Source of the DNA: an uncultured Burkholderiales bacterium
GTDB taxonomy: Bacteria > Pseudomonadota > Gammaproteobacteria > Burkholderiales > Burkholderiaceae_E
Direction: 5' to 3'
Assembly (NCBI GenBank): GCA_903903975.1
Contig: CAIVAS010000132.1
Coordinates: 345-64,344 of the forward strand
DNA length: 64,000 bases
This document shows, one piece after another, positions 37,135 to 47,497 of the stretch. How positions within the stretch are numbered: the stretch's first letter is position 1; every line of letters starts with the position of its first letter. A program made the position numbers and the translations under genes. Under the pieces are notes generated by a model. That model was not told where the DNA came from, made no database searches, and worked only from the letters and a program-made list of their open reading frames with translations.

Positions 37135-38316
37135 TCAATCCGCAGGGGGCAACTCGAAGACCTGACGAAGATAAGCCAGATAGGCCTTGTCGTCGCACAT
37201 GGTCTTTTCAGGCGCATCAGACAGCTTGGCGACCGGCTGACCGTTGCAGCGAACCATCTTGATCACGATCTGCAAGGGTGAGATGCCGAGGTCGTTGGTG
37301 AGGTTGGTGCCGATGCCGAAGGCAAGCTTGGCCCGATGCTCGAACCGCTGATAGAGCGAGATGGCCAGCGGCACGTTCAGGCTGTCGGAAAACACCAGGG
37401 TCTTGGTGCGCGGGTCGACCCGGTTGGCCTCGTAGTGGGCAATGATCCGCTCGCCCCAATCGAAGGGATCGCCCGAATCGTGACGGGCACCATCGAAGAG
37501 CTTGCAAAAGTAAAGATCGAAATCGCGCAGGAAGGCATCGATGCCATAGACATCGGACAGCGCAATGCCGAGATCGCCGCGATATTCACGCGCCCACATC
37601 TCGAAGCCGAAGATCTGCGAGTCGCGAAGCCGCGGGCCAAGCGCCTGACAGGCCTGCAGATACTCATGGGCCATCGTGCCCAGGGGCAGGATGTTGTGGC
37701 GCATCGCATACCAGACATTGGAGGTCCCTGCGAAGTTGTCGCCCAGGCGGTCGCGCAGACCGATGATCACCTCTTCATGCCAGGTTCGTGAAAACCGGCG
37801 GCGCGTGCCGTAGTCGGCCACTCTGAGCGCGGCAAGCGACGGGTCGTCGCGGATCAGGCCGATCTTGTTGACCAGCCGGCGATGACCTTCGCCATAGTCG
37901 GGATCGGGCTGGGTATTGCGGAAATAGACCTCGTTGACGATGGCGAGCACCGGCACCTCGAAGAGGATGGTGTGCAGCCAGGGGCCATTGACGGTGATCT
38001 CGATCTCGCCATTGCCCGAGGGCGCCGCCTCGACCGAGATGTACTTGTCGCTCATGTGAAAGAGCGCCAGAAAATCGACGAAATCGCTCTTGATGAAGCG
38101 CAGGGTGCGCAGGTAGGCCAGTTCGGGCTCGGTGAAACGCAGCGTGCACAAATGGTGAATCTCGCGGCGGATCTGCTCGACATAAGGCGCCAGCTTGATG
38201 CCGGGCGTGCGGCACTTGAAACGGTATTCGACCTGCGCGCCCGGAAAATGATGCAGAACCACCTGCATCATCGTGAACTTGTAGAGGTCGGTGTCGAGGA
38301 GCGAGGTGACGATCAT
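37135..38316 (-). CDS. pncB: nicotinate phosphoribosyltransferase
   Basis: [50 protein letters not shown]. Confidence 0.9.
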   Translation of the reverse strand: MIVTSLLDTDLYKFTMMQVVLHHFPGAQVEYRFKCRTPGIKLAPYVEQIRREIHHLCTLRFTEPELAYLRTLRFIKSDFVDFLALFHMSDKYISVEAAPSGNGEIEITVNGPWLHTILFEVPVLAIVNEVYFRNTQPDPDYGEGHRRLVNKIGLIRDDPSLAALRVADYGTRRRFSRTWHEEVIIGLRDRLGDNFAGTSNVWYAMRHNILPLGTMAHEYLQACQALGPRLRDSQIFGFEMWAREYRGDLGIALSDVYGIDAFLRDFDLYFCKLFDGARHDSGDPFDWGERIIAHYEANRVDPRTKTLVFSDSLNVPLAISLYQRFEHRAKLAFGIGTNLTNDLGISPLQIVIKMVRCNGQPVAKLSDAPEKTMCDDKAYLAYLRQVFELPPAD

Positions 38317-38386
38317 CCGCCGGATTGTACCTTTGCCACCTTTGCCCGGACCGGCTCAGACAGCCGCGCGCAGCCCGAAAACCGCA

Positions 38387-39100
38387 TCAAAGACCGAGCA
38401 GATCACGCCGCACTGCAGCATCCCGATCGAGCTCGGCCATTGAACCGGCAAATCTGACCTCGCCCTTTTCGAGCACATAGACGCGATCGCAGACCGCCCG
38501 TGCAAAGCGCAGATTCTGTTCGGACAGCAGCACCGACAGGCCCTGACGCTTCATCTCGTTGATCGTGCCGGCCATCTGCTCGACGATCAGCGGTGCCACC
38601 CCTTCGGAGGGCTCATCGAGCAGCACCAGCCGCGGATTGCCCATGAGCGTGCGGGCCACCGTCAGCATCTGCTGCTCGCCGCCGCTCATCCGTGCGCCCA
38701 AGCGATCCGGCATGGCCGCCAGATTGGGGAACAGGGCAAAGAGCGTCTCGCGCGACCAGGTCGGCGCGCCGGCGCGAGGCGCACGCCGTCCGACCTCGAG
38801 GTTTTCAAGCACCGTCAGATCGGTGAAGATCCGCCGGTCTTCGGGCACCCAGCCCAGTCCGAGGCGGGCAATCCGGTGCGGCGCGAGCGTCGAGATATCC
38901 TGGCCATCGAAGCTGACGATGCCGCTGCGCCGCGGCGCCAGACCGATCATGGCCTTCATCGTGGTGGATTTGCCGGCGCCATTGCGGCCCATCAGCGCAA
39001 CCACCTCACCCGGCCCGACTTCGAGCGCCACATCGAACAGGATCTGCGCCTGGCCATACCAGGCGCAAAGCCTCTCGACATGCAGCAAGGGCGCCGGCAT
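38387..39100 (-). CDS. branched-chain-amino-acid-type ABC transporter ATP-binding protein (LivF-like)
   Basis: Start trimmed to ATG 39100. GRNGAGKSTT, MSGGEQQMLTVARTL, LVLLDEPSEGVAP. Confidence 0.85.
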   Translation of the reverse strand: MPAPLLHVERLCAWYGQAQILFDVALEVGPGEVVALMGRNGAGKSTTMKAMIGLAPRRSGIVSFDGQDISTLAPHRIARLGLGWVPEDRRIFTDLTVLENLEVGRRAPRAGAPTWSRETLFALFPNLAAMPDRLGARMSGGEQQMLTVARTLMGNPRLVLLDEPSEGVAPLIVEQMAGTINEMKRQGLSVLLSEQNLRFARAVCDRVYVLEKGEVRFAGSMAELDRDAAVRRDLLGL

Positions 39101-39101
39101 G

Positions 39102-39932
39102 TCAGCGTACCGGCGGCAGGTTGGTGCCGACATCGGTGCCACCGTCGGTGCCAAGGCCGGTACCAAAGTACGCCTCGCGCACATGCTCATCGGCGCGCAC
39201 CTCATCCGGCGAGCCGGCAGCGATCAGCTGCCCTCGGGCCAGCACGATGATCCGATCGGCGTGTGCAAACACCACATCCATGCTGTGCTCGGTAAACAGC
39301 ACACCGATATGGCGCTCGCGAACCAGCCGCTTGACCAGGGCGACCAGCTCATTGCGTTCGCGCGGCCCCATCCCCGCGGTCGGCTCGTCCATCAGCAGCA
39401 GCCGGGGTTGGTTGGACAGGGCCATGGCAAGCTCGACCCGCTTGATGTCGCCGTAAGCCAGTGTGGCGCAGGGCACATCGGCCATGTCGGCCAGACCGAC
39501 CGATTCGAGCAGCTCGAGCGCCGGTTGGCGAGCCATGTCGGTGGCCCGCCCCCACCATTGCCGCAGTCGCCCCTGATGCGAGAGGATCGCCAGCTGCAGG
39601 TTTTCAGCGACGGTCATCGACGACCAGGTCGCGGCGATCTGGAAAGTTCGCCCGACACCCAATCGCCAGATCTCGCGCGGCAGGCAAGCCGTCATGTCTC
39701 GACCTGACAGCGTCACCGTGCCGGCATCCGGGCGCAGCTGACCGTTGATGCAGTTGAAACAGGTCGACTTGCCCGCGCCATTCGGCCCGATCAGAGCCAG
39801 CAGTTCGCCTGCGGCCAGATCAAAGCTCACCGCATCGAGCGCCTTGACGCCACCGAAGGACTTGCTCAGCGCGCTCACCTGCAACAGCGCGCCAGTATCG
39901 GCCTGATGCGAGCGCTGACCGGCGGTGCTCAT
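39102..39932 (-). CDS. branched-chain-amino-acid-type ABC transporter ATP-binding protein (LivG-like)
   Basis: GPNGAGKSTCFN, LAYGDIKRVELAMAL, LLLMDEPTAGM, FTEHSMDVV. Confidence 0.85.
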   Translation of the reverse strand: MSTAGQRSHQADTGALLQVSALSKSFGGVKALDAVSFDLAAGELLALIGPNGAGKSTCFNCINGQLRPDAGTVTLSGRDMTACLPREIWRLGVGRTFQIAATWSSMTVAENLQLAILSHQGRLRQWWGRATDMARQPALELLESVGLADMADVPCATLAYGDIKRVELAMALSNQPRLLLMDEPTAGMGPRERNELVALVKRLVRERHIGVLFTEHSMDVVFAHADRIIVLARGQLIAAGSPDEVRADEHVREAYFGTGLGTDGGTDVGTNLPPVR

Positions 39933-41863
39933 GCGACCGGCCTGTCGCGGTTGACCTTCGACGCCGATGTGCCTGCGCGCTTGAGAAGTCGCTCGATGCC
40001 GGGGCCCAGGGCACCCGCCAGTCCTTGCGGAAACGCCAGCACCAGCACCAGGATGGTCACGCCGAGAACCGCTCGCCAGTAGTCGGTCGAGCGGATGATC
40101 AGGTCCTGCAACCAGGTGAACGCGACTGCGCCAACCACCGGTCCGGCAAGTGTCTGGATGCCGCCCAGCAGCACCATCACCAGGCCGTCGATCGAGTGAT
40201 TCACACCAATGGTCTCGGGCGAAATCGCACCTTTGGCAAACGCATGCAGCGCACCGGCCAAACCGCCGAAGAATCCTGCAATGGCAAAGCCTGCCCAGCG
40301 CACTCGCGTCACCGCAATGCCGAGCGCCTCGGCCCGCAGCGGCGAATCGCGACCGGCGCGCATCGCATAGCCGAAAGGCGACAGCAATATCCGGCGCAAC
40401 ACCAGCACCGATGCCACAACCAGCGCGAGCGTCAGCAGGTAATAGGCGCTACGCGAAGCCAGCCAGGCCGATGGCCAGATGCCGACCATGCCGTTGCTGC
40501 CCCCGGTCACCTCGTCCCACTGAAAGACCAGCGCCCACACGATCTGGGCAAACGCCAGGGTGAGCATGGCCAGATACACGCCCGACAGCCGAACGGCGAA
40601 CCAGCCGAACAGCACGGCCGCCGCAAGCGCGAGCAGGGGCGCGCAAAGCAGCGCGGCGACCATCGGCAGGCCAAGGGTCTTGAGGCCGAGTGCCGCACCG
40701 TAAGCACCCAGCCCGAAATAGGCCGCGTGGCCAAAGGAATGCATGCCACCCGGTCCCATGATGAAGTGCAGACTCGCGGCAAACAGCACGGCGATCAGGA
40801 TGTCGATGCCAAGCACCGGCAGATAAGGGAAGGCGCCTGCAGCCAGCGGCACAGTCGCGAGCACCACTATCAGTGCTGTCCAGGCAACGCGCCCCGCTGG
40901 CGTCGAGGCTCGCAGCGGCAATTCCGGGGGTGCCGCGCCCCGCGGTTCGGCCGCCGCCTTTCCGAGCAAGCCCCAGGGCCGCAGCACCAATACAAGCGCC
41001 ATCACCAGAAACTCGACCACCAGAGTCAGCTTCGAAAACGACAGCGACCACTCTCCGATCGCGACCGTTCCGATCGCATAACAGATCGCCTTGATCTCGG
41101 CGATCAGCAAGGCGGCGAGATAGGCACCTGGAATACTGCCCATGCCCCCCACGACAACCACCACGAAGGCCTCGCCGATGGTGGTGAGATCCATCGCGAG
41201 ATTGGCGGGCTCACGAGGAATCTGCAGCGCGCCACCCAGGCCAGCCAGCATCGATCCGAGCGCGAACACGCCGGTAAAGAGCCAGGCCTCGCTCACGCCG
41301 AGGGCAGCCACCATCTCGCGATCCTGCGTGGCCGCGCGAATCAGCACGCCGAAACGCGTCCGTTTCAGCAACAGCCACAGGGCCAGCAAGACCGCAGGGC
41401 CGACCACCACCAGCAGCAGGTCGTAGACCGGCAGCCGGGCGCCCAGAAGGTCGTAGGCGCCCTTGAGCCCAGGCGCCTTCGGGCCGAACAAGTCTTCGGG
41501 ACCCCAGCACCAGAGCACGACATCGCGCGCGATCAAGGCCACCGCGAAAGTGGCCAGCAACTGGAAAAGCTCGGGCGCGCGATAGACCCGGCGCAGTACC
41601 ACCATCTCGATCAGTGCACCGATCGCAGCGCACAGCACAGCGGCCGTCGCAACCCCGCCCCAGAAGCCGAGGCTGCTGCCCGCACCGAATGTCTCGATCA
41701 GGGTGTAGGCGAGATAGATGCCGATCATGGTGAGCGAGCCATGCGCGAAGTTGACAATGCGGCTCACACCGAAGATCAATGACAGACCGGCCGCCACGAG
41801 AAACAGGGTCGAGGCGCCCGCCAGTCCGTTGATCAGCGCAACCGCCAGGCTTTGCAGCGTCAA
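39929..41863 (-). CDS. fused LivH-like + LivM-like ABC permease
   Basis: One continuous frame. The N-terminal half has INGLAGASTLFLVAAGLSLIFGVSRIVNFAHGS (LivH-like). The C-terminal half has GGMHSFGHAAYFGLGAYG (LivM-like). I place the start at TTG 41863, downstream of GAGGAGAG; the track start 42223 would overlap the SBP gene. Confidence 0.75.
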   Translation of the reverse strand: MTLQSLAVALINGLAGASTLFLVAAGLSLIFGVSRIVNFAHGSLTMIGIYLAYTLIETFGAGSSLGFWGGVATAAVLCAAIGALIEMVVLRRVYRAPELFQLLATFAVALIARDVVLWCWGPEDLFGPKAPGLKGAYDLLGARLPVYDLLLVVVGPAVLLALWLLLKRTRFGVLIRAATQDREMVAALGVSEAWLFTGVFALGSMLAGLGGALQIPREPANLAMDLTTIGEAFVVVVVGGMGSIPGAYLAALLIAEIKAICYAIGTVAIGEWSLSFSKLTLVVEFLVMALVLVLRPWGLLGKAAAEPRGAAPPELPLRASTPAGRVAWTALIVVLATVPLAAGAFPYLPVLGIDILIAVLFAASLHFIMGPGGMHSFGHAAYFGLGAYGAALGLKTLGLPMVAALLCAPLLALAAAVLFGWFAVRLSGVYLAMLTLAFAQIVWALVFQWDEVTGGSNGMVGIWPSAWLASRSAYYLLTLALVVASVLVLRRILLSPFGYAMRAGRDSPLRAEALGIAVTRVRWAGFAIAGFFGGLAGALHAFAKGAISPETIGVNHSIDGLVMVLLGGIQTLAGPVVGAVAFTWLQDLIIRSTDYWRAVLGVTILVLVLAFPQGLAGALGPGIERLLKRAGTSASKVNRDRPVA

Positions 41864-41904
41864 GGCCCCACTCTCCTCGCGACTGAACCTGAGCTCAGGC
41901 TGCC

Positions 41905-43155
41905 CTACTGCATCGCATCGGCAGGTCGCAGCTTTCGAACCTCGGCATCGGACGGCATCACCGTCGCGCCATCGATGTATCGAAAGTCCTTCATCACACC
42001 GCGACCGAGGTTGACCGCGGTGGTCCCGACATACGCGCCCATCGTGGCCTGCTGATCGATCGCACGATAGGTGACGCGACCAAAGGGGCTGCCAAGCTGC
42101 AAGCCGCGCATCGCCTCCACCATTTTTTCGGTGTCGGTCGAGCCGGCCTTGCGGATGCCTTCGGCGATCGACATCATCGACACATAACCCACCACCGAGC
42201 CGAGCCGGGGGTATTCCTTCCATCGGCGCTGATAGGCGGTGAGGAACTTGTCATGCTCGGGCGACTTGATGCTGTACCAGGGGTAGCCGGTCACCAGCCA
42301 GCCCTCAGGCGCCTCATCGCGAAGCGGATCAAGGTATTCAGGCTCGCCCGACAGCAATGACACCACCGCACGGTCCTTGAAAAGGCCACGGGTCTGACCC
42401 TCGCGCACGAAGCGGGCAAGGTCGGTGCCGAAGGTGGCGTTGAAGATCGCATCCGGACGCGCATCGAGCAGCGCCTGCGCCACGGCGCCCGCATCGATTC
42501 GACCCAGTGCCGGCGCCTGCTCGGCCACGAATTCAACATCGGGCTGGGCCTTTTTCATCAGCTCCTTGAAGGTCGCCGCCGCCGACTGCCCGTACTCGTA
42601 GTTCGGATAGACAATCGCCCAGCGTTTTTTCTTGAGCTTGACTGCTTCGGGCACCAGCATCGACGCCTGCATGTAGGTCGATGGCCGCAGCCGGAAGGTG
42701 TAGCGATTGCCGTTTTGCAAGGTGATCTTGTCGGTGAGCGGCTCAGCCGCCAGAAACAGCACCTTGCGCTGCTTGGCGAAATCACTCACCGCCAGCCCGA
42801 TGTTCGAGAGATAGGTGCCGAAGACCGCGACTGCCCGTTCACGCGAGATCAGCTCCTCGGCCACCCGCACTGCATCGCCCGGATTGGCATTGTCATCGCG
42901 CGAGATCACTTCGATCTTCTGGCCAAGCACCCCGCCGCTGGCATTGATTTCTTCGAGTGCCAGCTCCCAGCCCTTTTTGTAGGGCTCAAGAAAGGCCGGC
43001 TGCGCCTTGTAGCTGTTGAGCTCGCCGATCCGGATCTGCGCGGCGACCGGCGCGCTGATCAGGCTCAATGACAGCGTCAGCATCGGGGCCAGAACCGCGC
43101 CGGCAAGACCCTGCATCCGACCAGATCCGATTGCAAAAACCCGTTTGATCTTCAT
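41905..43155 (-). CDS. ABC transporter periplasmic substrate-binding protein (Leu/Ile/Val-binding-protein family)
   Basis: Signal-peptide-like N-terminus ending in SAPVAAQ, followed by IRIGELNSY. 416 aa of type I PBP composition, heading the liv-like operon. Confidence 0.8.
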   Translation of the reverse strand: MKIKRVFAIGSGRMQGLAGAVLAPMLTLSLSLISAPVAAQIRIGELNSYKAQPAFLEPYKKGWELALEEINASGGVLGQKIEVISRDDNANPGDAVRVAEELISRERAVAVFGTYLSNIGLAVSDFAKQRKVLFLAAEPLTDKITLQNGNRYTFRLRPSTYMQASMLVPEAVKLKKKRWAIVYPNYEYGQSAAATFKELMKKAQPDVEFVAEQAPALGRIDAGAVAQALLDARPDAIFNATFGTDLARFVREGQTRGLFKDRAVVSLLSGEPEYLDPLRDEAPEGWLVTGYPWYSIKSPEHDKFLTAYQRRWKEYPRLGSVVGYVSMMSIAEGIRKAGSTDTEKMVEAMRGLQLGSPFGRVTYRAIDQQATMGAYVGTTAVNLGRGVMKDFRYIDGATVMPSDAEVRKLRPADAMQ

Positions 43156-43263
43156 TCGATTCGCCCGCTCCTGAGGGATCTTGAGCCGCTATTGTCGATC
43201 ATGTCGGCGCAGCCGCTGCGGGATTGCCACGCCTGGGAACGAGGGTATCGGGCGACCGTGGCT

Positions 43264-43291
43264 TTGACCCGACGGGAAGCCACGCTAATAT
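43264..43291 (+). promoter_or_regulatory. candidate sigma-70 promoter of fdxA
   Basis: TTGACC-16 nt-TAATAT, about 70 nt upstream of the fdxA ATG. Confidence 0.55.
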
Positions 43292-43360
43292 CGGCGTCTA
43301 ATGGTCTGCCTCAGGCAGCCACGCCCTTCCTCCACGCCAACACCCTCTCTTCAGATCCTT

Positions 43361-43684
43361 ATGACCCATATCGTCACCGAGTCCTGCATTCGCTGCAAAT
43401 ACACCGACTGCGTCGACGTCTGCCCGGTCGACTGCTTTCGCGAAGGACCGAACATGCTGGTCATCGACCCGGATGAATGCATCGATTGCGCGGTCTGCAT
43501 CCCCGAATGTCCGGTTGAAGCGATCAAGGCCGAGGAAGACGTCCCGGCCGATCAGATGCACTTCATCAAGCTCAATATCGAGCTGTCCCGGAACTGGCCG
43601 AGCATTACCCGCGCCAAGCCCCAGGCGGCAGATGCCGACACCTGGAAAGACGTGAAGGACAAGCTGAAGTACCTTGAAAAGTGA
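43361..43684 (+). CDS. fdxA: 7Fe ([3Fe-4S][4Fe-4S]) ferredoxin FdxA
   Basis: [26 protein letters not shown]...[16 protein letters not shown], the Azotobacter FdI-type pattern. Track start 43301 trimmed to ATG 43361. Confidence 0.9.
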   Translation: MTHIVTESCIRCKYTDCVDVCPVDCFREGPNMLVIDPDECIDCAVCIPECPVEAIKAEEDVPADQMHFIKLNIELSRNWPSITRAKPQAADADTWKDVKDKLKYLEK

Positions 43685-46600
43685 CACCTGACGGCCGCCT
43701 GGACGGCCTGGTCCTCGATTTCGGCCTGAGCTTCGAGGACCTGCATCAGCGCGAGGGCCTCAAGCGCCTCGACGAGCGATGGATCGATTGCCTGACGGCA
43801 GCCAACCCCAGCCTGGGCGGGCGCTACGCCGACGCGCGCCAGCTGCCCGATGAGATCGACTCGCGCACTGAAGCCGCGCTGCTGATCGAGGTCGGCGCCC
43901 ATGTCGACGCCTTCATCGCACGGCTCTTCGGCATTGCCGAAGCCTTCGAGCTGCTGAGGGCGGCGCACACCCGGCTCGATCCGCTCTACCGGGTGAAATG
44001 GAAATTCGTCAAACGCCAGGCGCTGCTGGGCGTGCCGGCGCAGGCGCTGGTCGGTTTTGATGCGGATGATGCGCGCGCGATGCTTGTCGCGGCGATCACC
44101 AGCGGATCGGCCAATCGCGACACGACGGCCGTCCAGACCGACAGTCCCGACGTCTGTCTCAACGTCTATCTCGACGACGATTTCGACGAACTGGCCTTTG
44201 CGCGCGCCGTGCTGCGCTGGCAGGCCGATGCATCAACCCACTCAGATCGGCTGGACATTGCCCGCCTCTACAGCGCCTGGGCGGTCACCACCGATGAGGG
44301 TCGAAAGCGCCACGGACACGGCGTGCTGTTTCGGCATCCGTCGAACATCGATCCGCTCGATCTGCTCAAGGACACCGTCCGCGATGAACACGATGGCGTG
44401 AGCATCACCACGATCCGGCCCGATCAGATCCGGCGCAGGCTCGATCACGATCGCGCGCCGTTTGCGCTCACCGATGCCGGCACCGGCCTGGCCGGCGCGC
44501 TTGACGAGTCCCACTATTGCCTGCTGTGCCACAAGCAGGGCACCGACTCGTGTTCGACAGGACTGCGCCAGACCCCGTCCGGCGAGGGTACGGCGCCATG
44601 GCGGCGCGACGCCTTCGGAAATCCCCTGTCCGGATGTCCGCTCGAGGAGCGGATCTCGGAGTTTCATACGCTCAAGCGCTCGGGCCTGGCGATCTCGGCG
44701 CTGGCGATGATGATGATCGACAATCCGATGGTCGCCGCCACCGGGCATCGCATCTGCAACGACTGCATGAAGGCCTGCATCTATCAGGCGCAGACGCCGG
44801 TCGACATTCCCCAGGCCGAGACCCGCACGCTCAAGGATGTGCTCGAGTTGCCCTGGGGACTCGAGATCTACTCGCTGCTGTCGCGGTGGAATCCGCTGAA
44901 TCTGCGGCGCCCCCTGCCGGCACCGGCCAGCGGCCGCAAGGTGCTCGTGGTCGGCACTGGCCCGGCGGGATTCACGCTGGCTCACCATCTGATGAACGAC
45001 GGACACACCGTCGTGGCGATCGACGGCCTGAAAATCGAGCCACTGGCGCCGTCGTTGTCGGGTGTTGACCCGCACGGCGCGCGTGTCGCATTTGCGCCGG
45101 TGCGCGACATCGACTCCCTGCACGAAGACCTCGATTCCCGCACGATCTCGGGCTTCGGCGGCGTGGCCGAATACGGCATCACGGTGCGCTGGGACAAGAA
45201 TTTCCTGAAGATCGTGCGACTGCTGCTCGAGCGGCGCGATCAGTTCACGCTGATCGGCGGCGTGCGATTCGGTGGCACATTGGGCGTCGACGACGCCTGG
45301 CAGCTCGGCTTTGACCATATCGCTCTGGCCATCGGCGCAGGCAAACCGACCACCCTCGATATTCCGAACGGCCTGGCGCGCGGCGTGCGTACCGCAAGCG
45401 ACTTCCTGATGGCCTTGCAGCTGACCGGCGCGGCGCAGGCCGACTCGATCGCCAACATGCAGCTGCGCCTGCCTGCGGTCGTGATCGGCGGCGGCCTGAC
45501 CGCCATCGATACCGCCACCGAGGCGCTGGCTTACTACGTCAGCCAGGTCGACAAATTCCTCGCACGCCATGAGGCGCTGGTCGCCGACATCGGGCCCACC
45601 GCGGCGCGTGCCGGCTGGCGCGCCGACGAACACGCGCTGGCCGATGAATTCATCGCGCACGCCCGCGCACTGAAGGCCGAGCGCGACGAGGCACGCAGCC
45701 AGGCGCGAGCCGCCCGCTTGGTCGAACTGCTGCAGTCTTGGGGTGGCGTCACGGTGGCCTATCGGCGCCGGCTGATCGACAGCCCGGCCTACACCCTCAA
45801 TCACGAAGAATTGAACCGGGCGCTTGAAGAAGGCCTGCGCTTTGCCGAGTGCCTGGCGCCTCGACGCATCGACGTCGATGCCGATGCGGCCGTGCGCTCG
45901 ATTACCTTCAGCCAGCAGCATCGCGATGCCCAGGGTCGGTGGCAAGATGGCCGCGACATCGAGCTGCCGGCACGAACTGTGATCATCGCCGCCGGCACGC
46001 AGCCCAATACCGTGCTGGCGCGCGAAGACGGCGAGCATGTCGTCCTGGATGGCCGCTACTTCCGTGCGCTCGACGAATCCGGCCAGCCGGTCGTGCCCGA
46101 ACGCGGTAACCCCAAACCGGCCGTTGCCAGGGTGCTGATGTCAGGCAGGCCCGGCGAGCGATGGATCTCGTGTTTCGGCGATGTTCATCCGAGCTACGCC
46201 GGCAATGTGGTCAAGGCGATGGCGTCGGCCCGCCAAGGCTATCCGGTGGTCTCGCGGGTGCTGGCCACGCGGGAGCCTGAGAGCCGCGAATCGGCGGCCG
46301 CCTTTTCAGCGCGCTTGAATCACCTGCTGCGAGCCCGCGTCGCGCGCATCGAGCGGCTGGCACCGGCCATCCTCGAAGTGGTCATCCATGCGCCGCTGGC
46401 AGCAAGTCGCTTCATGCCTGGGCAGTTCTATCGCCTGCAGAACTTTTCCTCGCACGCCACGCGGGTCGAACACCCGAACGCCGACAACACGCTGCTCGCG
46501 ATGGAAGGCCTGGCAATGACCGGCGCCTGGGTCGACAAGGAAAAGGGCCTGGTCTCGACAATCGTGCTCGAGATGGGCGGCTCATCCGATCTGTGCGAGC

Positions 46601-47340
46601 GGCTGCAGATCGACGAACCGGTCGTGATGATGGGCCCGACCGGCTCGCCCACCGAGATCATCGGCGGGCAGACGGTATTGCTGGCAGGCGGTGGACTGGG
46701 CAATGCGGTGCTCTTTTCGATCGGCGCGGCGCTGCGCGCGAGCGGCTCGAGGGTGCTCTATTTCGCGGGCTACAAGAAGGCCGCCGACCGGTTCAAGGTG
46801 GCCCAGATCGAGCAGGCCGCTGATGTGGTCGTATGGTGCTGCGATGAAGCGCCGGGCTTTGTCCCCTCGCGGCCTCAGGACCGTGCTTTCATCGGCAATA
46901 TCGTCCAGGCGATGCAGGCATGGGCCGAGGGTGCGCACCTGCAGGCCCCCGCAGGCATCGTCGGCAACGCAGATCGGCCGATCAGGCTGCAGGAGCTTGA
47001 TCGACTCATCGTGATCGGGTCCGATCGGATGATGGCCGCGGTCGCCCGTGCCCGCCATCGCGAACTGGCGCAATATCTGAATCCCTCACATACCGCGATC
47101 GGTTCAATCAATTCACCGATGCAATGCATGATGAAGGAGATCTGCGCGCAATGCCTTCAATTGCAGATCGACCCGCTCAGCGGCGCAAAACGCTACGTCT
47201 TTTCCTGCTTCAATCAGGATCAGCCGCTGGATTCGGTCGATTTTGATGGGCTCGCGCAACGATTGGGGCAGAACTCGCTGCAGGAAAAGCTCACCGCGCG
47301 CTGGGTCAAGCGTTGCAAGGCTGCACTGAAGGACGCCTGA
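43681..47340 (+). CDS. 1219-aa fused flavoprotein: unassigned N-terminal region + GltD/NfnB(SudA)-like FAD/NAD(P) module with Cys clusters + PyrK/NfnA(SudB)-like FNR module with C-terminal Cys cluster
   Basis: [36 protein letters not shown]. Rossmann motifs [18 protein letters not shown] and [17 protein letters not shown], then CFGDV...[11 protein letters not shown]. Next [28 protein letters not shown], and [14 protein letters not shown]...FSCF. GTG start overlaps the fdxA stop. Confidence 0.8.
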   Translation: MTPDGRLDGLVLDFGLSFEDLHQREGLKRLDERWIDCLTAANPSLGGRYADARQLPDEIDSRTEAALLIEVGAHVDAFIARLFGIAEAFELLRAAHTRLDPLYRVKWKFVKRQALLGVPAQALVGFDADDARAMLVAAITSGSANRDTTAVQTDSPDVCLNVYLDDDFDELAFARAVLRWQADASTHSDRLDIARLYSAWAVTTDEGRKRHGHGVLFRHPSNIDPLDLLKDTVRDEHDGVSITTIRPDQIRRRLDHDRAPFALTDAGTGLAGALDESHYCLLCHKQGTDSCSTGLRQTPSGEGTAPWRRDAFGNPLSGCPLEERISEFHTLKRSGLAISALAMMMIDNPMVAATGHRICNDCMKACIYQAQTPVDIPQAETRTLKDVLELPWGLEIYSLLSRWNPLNLRRPLPAPASGRKVLVVGTGPAGFTLAHHLMNDGHTVVAIDGLKIEPLAPSLSGVDPHGARVAFAPVRDIDSLHEDLDSRTISGFGGVAEYGITVRWDKNFLKIVRLLLERRDQFTLIGGVRFGGTLGVDDAWQLGFDHIALAIGAGKPTTLDIPNGLARGVRTASDFLMALQLTGAAQADSIANMQLRLPAVVIGGGLTAIDTATEALAYYVSQVDKFLARHEALVADIGPTAARAGWRADEHALADEFIAHARALKAERDEARSQARAARLVELLQSWGGVTVAYRRRLIDSPAYTLNHEELNRALEEGLRFAECLAPRRIDVDADAAVRSITFSQQHRDAQGRWQDGRDIELPARTVIIAAGTQPNTVLAREDGEHVVLDGRYFRALDESGQPVVPERGNPKPAVARVLMSGRPGERWISCFGDVHPSYAGNVVKAMASARQGYPVVSRVLATREPESRESAAAFSARLNHLLRARVARIERLAPAILEVVIHAPLAASRFMPGQFYRLQNFSSHATRVEHPNADNTLLAMEGLAMTGAWVDKEKGLVSTIVLEMGGSSDLCERLQIDEPVVMMGPTGSPTEIIGGQTVLLAGGGLGNAVLFSIGAALRASGSRVLYFAGYKKAADRFKVAQIEQAADVVVWCCDEAPGFVPSRPQDRAFIGNIVQAMQAWAEGAHLQAPAGIVGNADRPIRLQELDRLIVIGSDRMMAAVARARHRELAQYLNPSHTAIGSINSPMQCMMKEICAQCLQLQIDPLSGAKRYVFSCFNQDQPLDSVDFDGLAQRLGQNSLQEKLTARWVKRCKAALKDA

Positions 47341-47497
47341 GCCAGCGCCCGACTGGATATCGGGCCGGTCCGCAGGGGGGCATTCACACCTCCCGACGGC
47401 GCGAGTCGTCCGTCCGGCGTCATGGAATGCCTGCTCAGTTTGCATCGCAGCAGTGAGCCAAGGACAATGAGAGCCTCTGTCAATCGGAGTAAACCGC

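Noticed and set aside
40025-41782. 585-aa plus-strand ORF opposite the fused liv permease
   Set aside because: The translation is extremely His/Arg/Gln-rich and non-protein-like. The minus strand encodes a coherent multi-TM permease.
44242-46038. 598-aa minus-strand ORF inside the 1219-aa flavoprotein gene
   Set aside because: It is a shadow ORF with no motifs. The plus strand carries Rossmann and Cys-cluster motifs in one continuous frame.
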